Positions 7,339 through 14,511 of a stretch of 20,000 nucleotides of DNA are shown in pieces. How positions within the stretch are numbered: position 1 is the stretch's first letter; every line of letters begins with the position of its first letter. The position numbers and the translations under genes are program-made. The notes below the pieces were generated by a model. It worked only from the letters and a program-made list of their open reading frames with translations. It was not told where the DNA came from and did not search any database. The stretch comes from an uncultured virus (IMG/VR IMGVR_UViG_3300033562_000771) (lineage: Duplodnaviria; Heunggongvirae; Uroviricota; Caudoviricetes), in IMG/VR virus record IMGVR_UViG_3300033562_000771, positions 108,939 to 128,938 of that record; one strand, given 5' to 3'.

Positions 7339-8035
7339 AAAGCCCTCCTGGAGTATTACAGGCCGATGTGACCTTGTTAAGAATCATGGAATGAAACTCG
7401 GGACCCATAACCGCAAAAGCTTGGGCTGGGTCTTTTAAGTGAATCCCTGGAATTGGGACGGGAACACCTTGTGCGGATAAAACCATTCTTGGGGGGCTTC
7501 CTGATGGCAGTCTTACGTGAGTAACTTTACAACCAGCCTCATAAAGTTCCTGGGTGATTTTCTGAGTAGCGTCTTGCCCCGTGGCTTTTTGTGTTTTTGG
7601 GTCGGGTAGATCCAAATCAAAAGATGTATACACATGAAGTTTCCACATTTTACACCATTCTAGGATTTCTTTTTGAACCCTGGAAGTGTTTGTGCTAATA
7701 ACCCACGGTATTACAGGAGCTAATGCAAGAGCATCGTAGGACCCCTCCACTAAAAAAATACTCCTACTAGCATATACAATACGAGAAAGTTGAGGTGTCC
7801 AAGATGTAAATCTGGGGGCAATTTCAGAAGTTAGGGTCTGACTCCAGATTTTCTGATCCGGAGCACGGCCATTCCAGCCTACAGGGGTCCCATCAAGGGC
7901 ATAAATAGGAAAATAGATAGCACCGGATTCATGAAGGATTAGGCTTGATAAAAATTCCTGGGGGACAACAAAGTTAGGGCCATCCCGTAAGCGTAGGGTT
8001 CTAATTTGCTCAGTGGTGGGTGTGGTCCAGGTCAT
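7322..8035 (-). CDS. DnaG-type primase catalytic core (TOPRIM), without Zn-binding domain
   Basis: IYFPIYALDGTPVGWNGR, IFLVEGSYDALAL, FDLD (DxD), GQDA and KDPA motifs. ATGA overlap with the upstream gene. Confidence 0.8.
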   Translation of the reverse strand: MTWTTPTTEQIRTLRLRDGPNFVVPQEFLSSLILHESGAIYFPIYALDGTPVGWNGRAPDQKIWSQTLTSEIAPRFTSWTPQLSRIVYASRSIFLVEGSYDALALAPVIPWVISTNTSRVQKEILEWCKMWKLHVYTSFDLDLPDPKTQKATGQDATQKITQELYEAGCKVTHVRLPSGSPPRMVLSAQGVPVPIPGIHLKDPAQAFAVMGPEFHSMILNKVTSACNTPGGLYVRSF

Positions 8036-9276
8036 TCCGTGGTATCTCTGAGAAGGTCTTCCATAACCTTCATGAAACTAGCCACAACAGCCCGAACCGT
8101 GTTAGCATTATTGACACGTTTAGTTAGCTGATAAATCTCAGTTTGTTGTTCAGTAATTTTTTTGTAGAGAGCCACCTGCGCCCGTAGATAGGCATTCTCG
8201 GTATGTGGGTCCATAAAACTGGGGGGATCTTCACGATCACCAGGACCCTCAAAGTCACCAGAAGACCCATCATCAAAGACCTCTCCAGAATCATCCCCTG
8301 GTGCATCGGGAGCATCAATAAACTCCTCTTCCGGGGCATCTAGAACCTCCTCACCCACAGCATCAGTTTGATCGGGGGCCTCATCAGGAGCGTCAGGCGC
8401 ATCCTCAGGCTCGGGATCAGGAGTGCTTGGATCTAACAACAGGTATTCCGGTGGATCACATAGATACGTAGTGATACGTTCCATGGTAGCTATCTCACAG
8501 GCCTTTACAGCCGCCATAGAATCAGACAGCTTAATCTTATCGATAGTAAGCGTCAGGGTGTCCAAAGGAGCCTTGAAAAGACGTTCTTTAATGGAATCCC
8601 CTACCATATGCTCAATTTTACAGGGGACCTTATTCCCCGCCTGAGGCCCAGTAATGGACACCAAATAAACTCTATTGGGCATACAGACATCCAAGACATC
8701 AGCAACGTCTGCCGAACTACGAGGAACGAAGATAGCCCCCTCTCCAGGGATTGCACACCTACCGTCTCGGGTGGAGTAAGCTTCCTTCAAAATTTGCTCA
8801 ATAGTGGACTCACCCTCTGCAATAAAAGAATCAATCATTGAGGTTAAAGCAGGGGTTAGTTTAGACGGGAATACAAAGCACCCAGCAGGAGCCCTAAGAG
8901 TCTTAGTCGAGTTGAGAAACACGGATTGATAGTTATTAATTTTGGTTAGGGTGCTAGTAAGCTGCACGGGATAGGCTGCAATCGTATTACAAAATTTCCG
9001 AGCAGAGAATGTGATATCCTCATGCGCCCATGGGATAAAGAGCGCCTCCACCCCAATGGGCATAGCTACATACTGGGGAGTTCTAGGCACAGGCCTTGGG
9101 CATACCATAGAAATACCTCTAGGAGAGACCTCTAAGGTTTCCTTGGGGGTTATCTTAGGCTTAGAAGAGGATCCCACCAGTAGTCCAGACTCGGTTAGTT
9201 TTTTCTTAGCAACCCTAGCGGCTTTTTTAAGAAGTCGGCTATTTGGAACGACACGACCAGTATGGATTTCATGCAT
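8032..9276 (-). CDS. Hypothetical protein with basic N-terminus, acidic Asp/Glu/Pro linker and C-terminal coiled coil
   Basis: 414-aa ORF with AGGAG RBS, translationally coupled to the primase gene. Confidence 0.8.
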   Translation of the reverse strand: MHEIHTGRVVPNSRLLKKAARVAKKKLTESGLLVGSSSKPKITPKETLEVSPRGISMVCPRPVPRTPQYVAMPIGVEALFIPWAHEDITFSARKFCNTIAAYPVQLTSTLTKINNYQSVFLNSTKTLRAPAGCFVFPSKLTPALTSMIDSFIAEGESTIEQILKEAYSTRDGRCAIPGEGAIFVPRSSADVADVLDVCMPNRVYLVSITGPQAGNKVPCKIEHMVGDSIKERLFKAPLDTLTLTIDKIKLSDSMAAVKACEIATMERITTYLCDPPEYLLLDPSTPDPEPEDAPDAPDEAPDQTDAVGEEVLDAPEEEFIDAPDAPGDDSGEVFDDGSSGDFEGPGDREDPPSFMDPHTENAYLRAQVALYKKITEQQTEIYQLTKRVNNANTVRAVVASFMKVMEDLLRDTTE

Positions 9277-9337
9277 TTGTGGACTCCTAAGAGCGGTGGT
9301 CTGGGCTGGGCTGGGTTGAATAAATTACATTAGACAG

Positions 9338-9363
9338 AGTAATACAGAAAACTTTTCTAGACA
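9338..9363 (-). promoter_or_regulatory. Putative bipartite promoter/operator, class 2, copy A
   Basis: TGTCTAGAAA-N6-CTGTATTACT, matching 11413-11439. Also readable as sigma70-like TTGTCT-N17-TACTCT. Confidence 0.5.
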
Positions 9364-9392
9364 ATAGATAAATATTAATGCCCATGATGGGG

Positions 9393-9428
9393 CTACACAA
9401 GATACGGAACCACGCATGAAAAAATCCA
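9393..9428 (-). promoter_or_regulatory. Putative bipartite promoter, class 1, copy B
   Basis: TGGATTTTTT-N12-CGTATCTTGTGTAG, intergenic, upstream of the primase operon. Confidence 0.65.
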
Positions 9429-9429
9429 A

Positions 9430-10290
9430 CTATTTTTTAGGGGGTTGGACCTTCTCAACAACGGATTGCATATGCTTTTCAGAGGTAGCTGCAACCTCTT
9501 GGATAGCCCGTGCCGCAGGATTGACTATGAGCAGCCATAGGACACCTAAAATAATAATATCAAAGACTCTTTGCCAGATATTAGTTCCAACGTAGTCTAA
9601 GAAAGACTCTCCTATTGTCTCCCAACGACTCATTTTAGAGCCATCAGAACGCATATAGTTTTTCTTAAAGAACTCATCTAGTAAGGCGGAAAGCCTATCG
9701 TGTGCCCCTTCCTTGGGTTTCCCAAACTCGTCTTTACCTGTCAAACTAAAGACTACACGGGCCATATTCCGGAGAATGAACTTATCTTCTACATACCTAC
9801 CATGAGCGTCCCTACCTAGAAGTTCCTGCATGGGCTCTTGGAAGGAGGACGCAAATCTACCAGCGGCTTCTGTATCTGCCTTAATAGGAGCTAGGTTGGC
9901 CACAACTGAGTTCACCGAGTCCTTCAGAAGGGGAATACTATTCTGAAAAGCCTGCACGGTTACTGTCAGAGCACTAGCATTTTCAACAAGCTGGGGGATA
10001 CCCTCGTGATGCAGGTATTTTAGCGTAGCAGCAAGAGGCTCAATGTCAGATGAGAACGATTTCTCAAGTTGCTGCTTCAGCGAGATTATAAGGGACCTTA
10101 ACTCAGCGGCATCATTTGCGATAGCAGAGGCATCCGGATTTTCCTCGGCAAACGCACCATTCTCGAAACTAGTTATTTGGGTATTTAGATCCGAAAGATG
10201 GGTCTCAAACCGACATATAGTTTCACTAACGTCTTCAAGAAGGGTTAGAGTTGCATTTAATTGTGATTTTACCGTTTGAATTTCAGCCAT
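9430..10290 (-). CDS. Hypothetical coiled-coil protein with one C-terminal transmembrane segment
   Basis: Heptad-like helical N-terminal half; hydrophobic stretch VFDIIILGVLWLLIVNPAA near the C-terminus. Confidence 0.75.
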   Translation of the reverse strand: MAEIQTVKSQLNATLTLLEDVSETICRFETHLSDLNTQITSFENGAFAEENPDASAIANDAAELRSLIISLKQQLEKSFSSDIEPLAATLKYLHHEGIPQLVENASALTVTVQAFQNSIPLLKDSVNSVVANLAPIKADTEAAGRFASSFQEPMQELLGRDAHGRYVEDKFILRNMARVVFSLTGKDEFGKPKEGAHDRLSALLDEFFKKNYMRSDGSKMSRWETIGESFLDYVGTNIWQRVFDIIILGVLWLLIVNPAARAIQEVAATSEKHMQSVVEKVQPPKK

Positions 10291-10291
10291 A

Positions 10292-10609
10292 TTAATCCTG
10301 TGAAGGGTCTGAGTATCCGAGATGCTCTAGGATCCTAGCGAGATCCCCCTTAAAAGCTGAATGCTGCTCTGATAGTTTTGTTATCATTGAAATAAGGTCT
10401 GGATCTGTTTTAACCTGGATCATGGGTAGAGACTCTCGAAGCCGAATAAGTTCCTCGGATATCCGAGACATTGACCTAGCTAGACTAACTAGGTCAGGGT
10501 TGGATGGAGTCTCCTCAAAAGAAGCTACAACAGGCATTGTTTTCTGGGACTTACCCTTAAAGTCTGGTCTAAGGGACTCCCTCAATGCGTCTAGACTCTT
10601 CTCAGGCAT
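10292..10609 (-). CDS. Small hypothetical helical/coiled-coil protein
   Basis: 105 aa, strong GGAGGGG RBS, 1-nt gap to the next gene. Confidence 0.75.
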   Translation of the reverse strand: MPEKSLDALRESLRPDFKGKSQKTMPVVASFEETPSNPDLVSLARSMSRISEELIRLRESLPMIQVKTDPDLISMITKLSEQHSAFKGDLARILEHLGYSDPSQD

Positions 10610-10622
10610 AAACCCCTCCCCT

Positions 10623-10658
10623 AAAAGAAAAAAGGCCCAGTATCAAGCTGGGCCTTTT
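10623..10658 (-). terminator. Intrinsic terminator, potentially bidirectional
   Basis: aaaaggcccag-tatcaag-ctgggcctttt (10630-10658); on the minus strand followed by TTTTTTCTTTT. Confidence 0.85.
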
Positions 10659-10675
10659 AGTAAAGTCGTATAATA

Positions 10676-11356
10676 TCACCATCTATGCTTAGATACTTTT
10701 TTCTTAGCTGGAAGGGCCTTAACAGTAGCTTTCTTAGCTGGAGTGGATACCTTCTTACTAGAAGTGGTAGGCTTAGAGGATACTAACACCTTTTTAGGAG
10801 TAGCTTTAGCGGAAGCCTTATTAACGGGCGGCTTCTTAGCTGGAGTTTTCTTCGCGGGTGTTGCAACCTTGGCAACAGGCTTCTTTTCAGCAGCCTTAGC
10901 CGCAGCAGCGGCCTCCGCTTCTCGCACATGATGGGGCTTGAAGGTGGCGGTTGTATTTGCAATAATGGGTTTAGCTTCTGGATTAGCTTGCTTTTCAGCT
11001 TCACGAGCGGCCCACAAACGCTCCGCCTCTTCCTTGTCCTGGACAGCCTTCTGTTCTGCTACAAAACGCTGCAGCAGGGCCTTATTATATGTAGACACCG
11101 GGACAGACTGCTGGACGGTCTCAATTAGAATCCCACGCTTAACAATTTCGGCCCCACCCAACATTGAAGGGGTAGAAAGAATCCCAAGAATGTTATCAAG
11201 CTGGTGCCTAGTTAGATAGATAATGTAGGGGGTGTCCGGTGAAATTACTGGAACGGGGGGAGGCGCTACAGGAGTTGGAGCGGATGCCGCTGGAGTTGGA
11301 GCGGATGCTGCTGGGATTTCTTTGGAAGAAGTCTTTGGAAGGGGTTTAGACACCAT
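10676..11356 (-). CDS. Protein with histone-H1-like Lys/Ala/Pro-rich C-terminus (PAKK repeats)
   Basis: TPAKKTPAKK, TPAKK and PAKKK in the last ~75 aa; duplicated PAASAPT near the N-terminus. AGGAG RBS. Confidence 0.75.
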   Translation of the reverse strand: MVSKPLPKTSSKEIPAASAPTPAASAPTPVAPPPVPVISPDTPYIIYLTRHQLDNILGILSTPSMLGGAEIVKRGILIETVQQSVPVSTYNKALLQRFVAEQKAVQDKEEAERLWAAREAEKQANPEAKPIIANTTATFKPHHVREAEAAAAAKAAEKKPVAKVATPAKKTPAKKPPVNKASAKATPKKVLVSSKPTTSSKKVSTPAKKATVKALPAKKKVSKHRW

Positions 11357-11412
11357 AGTAGAAGTCTCCTAATAGATTGTTGGCAGTCTGATTGTCAGAT
11401 CCACTCAGAATC

Positions 11413-11439
11413 ACTAATACAGTCTAATATTTGTAGGCA
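11413..11439 (-). promoter_or_regulatory. Putative bipartite promoter/operator, class 2, copy B
   Basis: TGCCTACAAA-N7-CTGTATTAGT immediately after the terminator and upstream of the H1-like gene. Confidence 0.5.
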
Positions 11440-11440
11440 T

Positions 11441-11476
11441 AAAAAAATGGCCGGGATTTCTCCCGGCCATTTTTTT
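11441..11476 (-). terminator. Strong bidirectional intrinsic terminator closing the fibre-gene block
   Basis: aaaaaaatggccggga-tttc-tcccggccattttttt: perfect stem, GAAA loop on the minus strand, U-tracts in both directions. Confidence 0.92.
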
Positions 11477-11493
11477 TTGTAAAGGACTACGTG

Positions 11494-13677
11494 TTAGACG
11501 TAGAGGAGGTGAACGCTACCCTTGAAGGCTGCGTTGTTGGCCACGGTCAGGATAACCTGGGTGGTCGTGATTTCAACATCAACTCCGCCAACCAACTTCA
11601 TGGCACCAGAGACATCCTCATAAACGGTAACCTGAGGAAGCATGTTGCCAACCATGGTGAGCCCATGGGCGAAAGACACGGTCTTATCAACGGCACCCGT
11701 GAAATCAGTTGCCACGAAAGTCCCGGTGAACGCAGGAGCGCTTGTCCACTGAGCAGCGGACCCAGAGGTTGCCTTAAGGGTCTGACCAGCGGTAGGAGCT
11801 GTGGCACTAATGGAGATACCTTGGATCTTGACCACAGTGGGATTGGGCAGGTTGCCCGAGAGATCACCAGAGACTGCGAGAGTCTGGCTAGCTAGATCAC
11901 CATCTGCACGAAGCGTGGCTTCTGCTGCGATAGCAGCAATACGGGCAGTCACTTCAGCAGCGAGGTTCGTGGTGAGGGTGGTGTCAGCAGCCTGACGAGC
12001 AGTCACTTCAGCAGCAAGGTTCGCGGTGAGGGTAGCATCAGCATCAGTACGAGCAGTAGTCTCAGCAGCGATAGCATTAGTCAGAACTGTATCTGCAGCA
12101 GTACGAGCAGTAATCTCAGCATTGAGGTTCGTGGTGAGGGTACCTTCGGCACCTGTTGCACGGGTGGTCTCAACCAAGATAGCTGCATCACGAGCAATCA
12201 CTTCAGCAGCGTCAGCCGCTGTGCGGTTGGTCACTTCAGCAGCGAGAGCGTTGGTCAGAACTGTATCAGCGTCTGCACGAAGAGTTGCTTCGGCAGCAAT
12301 AGCTGCGTTGCGATCAATTACTTCTTGAGCAATGGCATCTGCAATTGCCTGAGTGGAATCTGTACCCGAAGTCTGCAACTGATAGAGAGTTACAGGAGAA
12401 TCTTGCTCCACAGCTTCAGGAATGTGAATGGCGCTACCGTCAATCGACAGTAGCAAATTTGCCTCATTAGAACCGCGAACCTCCACGAGCAGACCATTAA
12501 ACCCGTCACCGGGTGCAACCTTCAAACCAGTCACGGCTCCGTCAGGAGACAGTTCAAGGTGATCAGCGCTGGTGATGGTGGAGTCAATCTGAACAGTGGA
12601 ACCAGTGACGTAAAGCTCACCAGATACAGTCATGTTGCCCTGAATAGCCACAGGGCCGGTCATGGTGGTCTGGCCAGTCTCAGCGTCAACACCAAAGTAA
12701 ATGAGGTCATCATCATTATCAGTGATGCGGAAATCCTTACCCGTGGCCAACTTAATGTTAGCAATGCCACCAGTTGTCTGGTTGTAGACTGTCTGGAGAG
12801 ACATCGACTCACGAGCAGTAGTCTCAGCAGCAAGAGCGTTAGTCAGAACTGTATCTGCATCAGTACGAGCAGTAGTCTCAGCAGCAAGAGCGTTAGTCAG
12901 AACTGTATCTGCATCAGTACGAGCAGTAATCTCAGCATTCAGCGCAGTAGCAACAGCCAGACGAGCAGTAGTCTCAACAGCAATAGCTGCGTTGCGATCA
13001 ATTACTTCCTGAGCATCTGCAGCAGTACGAGCAGTAATCTCAGCATTGAGGCCCGTGGTGAGGGTGGTGTCAGCACTCTCACGAGCGGTGACTTCAGCAG
13101 CGAGGTTCGTGGTGAGGGTGGTGTCAGCAGCCTGACGAGCAGTAGTCTCAACAGCAATAGCATTAGTCAGAACTGTATCAGCGTCCGCACGAGCAGTAGT
13201 CTCAGCAGCGATAGCTGCGTTGCGATCAATTACTTCCTGAGCATCAGCAGCCTGACGAGCGGTGATTTCCGAATCAATACGGATCCCAAGGGCAGTATCA
13301 GCAGCGATACGAGCAGATTCTTCAGCTTCAACAAGACCCGCGCCGAAACCTGAAACATCTGTATATACGAAGCTGGAAGTAGCATGATCATAAGTTACAG
13401 CATAACCATTATTACCAGCCGCAGGAGCAGGAATAGCAGCTCCACGAATGGCGGTCACGGTAGCCGAACCATGGGTCCCAGAGAGATCACCACCAAGAGC
13501 GGTGATGTTGCTGACCATAGAAAGATCTTCTGTCCCGTTATAGAAATGCAGAACATTTCCAGTGGTGAAAATATGACCCAGCGCAGGTGTCCCAGGAGCT
13601 GCCGTGGGAACCACAAGGGTCTTGAGGTAGGAAGCTGCACCATGTACTACATGCAGTGGTTCGCGGAATTCAGCCAT
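11494..13677 (-). CDS. Fibre-like virion protein with two Ala/Thr-rich coiled-coil repeat arrays (727 aa)
   Basis: Start moved from 13713 to ATG 13677 (AAGGAG RBS at 13685-13690). Repeats AE(V/T/I)TARxxAD; GDLSG motif near both ends; central GNMTVSGELYVTGST beta-repeat. Confidence 0.8.
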   Translation of the reverse strand: MAEFREPLHVVHGAASYLKTLVVPTAAPGTPALGHIFTTGNVLHFYNGTEDLSMVSNITALGGDLSGTHGSATVTAIRGAAIPAPAAGNNGYAVTYDHATSSFVYTDVSGFGAGLVEAEESARIAADTALGIRIDSEITARQAADAQEVIDRNAAIAAETTARADADTVLTNAIAVETTARQAADTTLTTNLAAEVTARESADTTLTTGLNAEITARTAADAQEVIDRNAAIAVETTARLAVATALNAEITARTDADTVLTNALAAETTARTDADTVLTNALAAETTARESMSLQTVYNQTTGGIANIKLATGKDFRITDNDDDLIYFGVDAETGQTTMTGPVAIQGNMTVSGELYVTGSTVQIDSTITSADHLELSPDGAVTGLKVAPGDGFNGLLVEVRGSNEANLLLSIDGSAIHIPEAVEQDSPVTLYQLQTSGTDSTQAIADAIAQEVIDRNAAIAAEATLRADADTVLTNALAAEVTNRTAADAAEVIARDAAILVETTRATGAEGTLTTNLNAEITARTAADTVLTNAIAAETTARTDADATLTANLAAEVTARQAADTTLTTNLAAEVTARIAAIAAEATLRADGDLASQTLAVSGDLSGNLPNPTVVKIQGISISATAPTAGQTLKATSGSAAQWTSAPAFTGTFVATDFTGAVDKTVSFAHGLTMVGNMLPQVTVYEDVSGAMKLVGGVDVEITTTQVILTVANNAAFKGSVHLLYV
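12811..12928. repeat. Exact 54-bp tandem duplication within a degenerate repeat array
   Basis: acgagcagtagtctcagcagcaagagcgttagtcagaactgtatctgcatcagt at 12811-12864 and 12865-12918, encoding TDADTVLTNALAAETTAR. Confidence 0.95.
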
Positions 13678-13768
13678 GAAAATACTCCTTGATTGGGGCC
13701 TACAAAAGGCCATTAGGTTTTAGGTGTTGAGCAAGGTGTCCCTGCCTATATAAAGGCAAAAAGAGAGA

Positions 13769-14500
13769 TCAGAGTATCCTTACTTCCAATTTACCGGAGA
13801 ATGAAGCATTAGTAGATATCAAGAGCTTTAACGTGGTATCGTTAGCAACCCAATCTACATGAGTAGGCTTAAAGAAAGATTCCGCTAGACTTTCAAAAAC
13901 ATCCACCTGAAGCGACGAGGTTCCTAATCCATGGACAAAATTTAAAGCCAGGGCATCAGACCCAGCATCAACACCCCAGTCACCTGTAGAAAAAGTATCC
14001 GAGAATGTTGAGGTTGCTACAGAGACCCCCTTAAGACCAATATATCTCCAACCCTTAATTAGGTAGGGCTTTACGTGAGACGTATTTGTTCCAAAGAAAG
14101 TAAGGGTCCCAGAATTATAATCAAAGACCCAATCGGAAGTATCCGTAGGGGGGACTTCTGCCCCAAGGCCTCCAGACCCATTATTTTGATACACACGAAC
14201 CTGATAGGACCCATCAATACTAGGATGAATCCAATCTGTTAGAGGGGTCTTAAACGACTTTTGCCCAGTTACGGTAACATCCTCAGACAGTAGCACGGAG
14301 GCATGATAACTTATCACGGCACTGGAGGACGCTACGGCTGGGGTGGGAATCTGCTCCGCTTGGGACCAAATCTGACTACCCATAACGGAGCTAACAGAAT
14401 AGTTAGCCTCCTCGTAGAAGGCCTTAGCTGTTGAAGAAGTAGCGCGTTTCTGGAGAGACTTCCAGAGAATGTCTACTTTTTGGGAGTCTGTAAGTGCCAT
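13769..14500 (-). CDS. Putative virion structural protein
   Basis: 243 aa inside the structural block. Motifs DWVFDYNSGTLTF and GWRYIG. The C-terminal ~80 aa resemble the C-terminus of the 11494-13677 protein. Confidence 0.7.
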   Translation of the reverse strand: MALTDSQKVDILWKSLQKRATSSTAKAFYEEANYSVSSVMGSQIWSQAEQIPTPAVASSSAVISYHASVLLSEDVTVTGQKSFKTPLTDWIHPSIDGSYQVRVYQNNGSGGLGAEVPPTDTSDWVFDYNSGTLTFFGTNTSHVKPYLIKGWRYIGLKGVSVATSTFSDTFSTGDWGVDAGSDALALNFVHGLGTSSLQVDVFESLAESFFKPTHVDWVANDTTLKLLISTNASFSGKLEVRIL

Positions 14501-14511
14501 GCCAGTCTCAC

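Noticed and set aside
9295..9315. ggtggtctgggctgggctggg as a G-quadruplex
   Set aside because: Only three GGG runs and no independent support.
11491..13692. Plus-strand ORFs including 12559..13353 (264 aa)
   Set aside because: Antisense shadows of the repetitive fibre gene; low-complexity Ser-rich translations.
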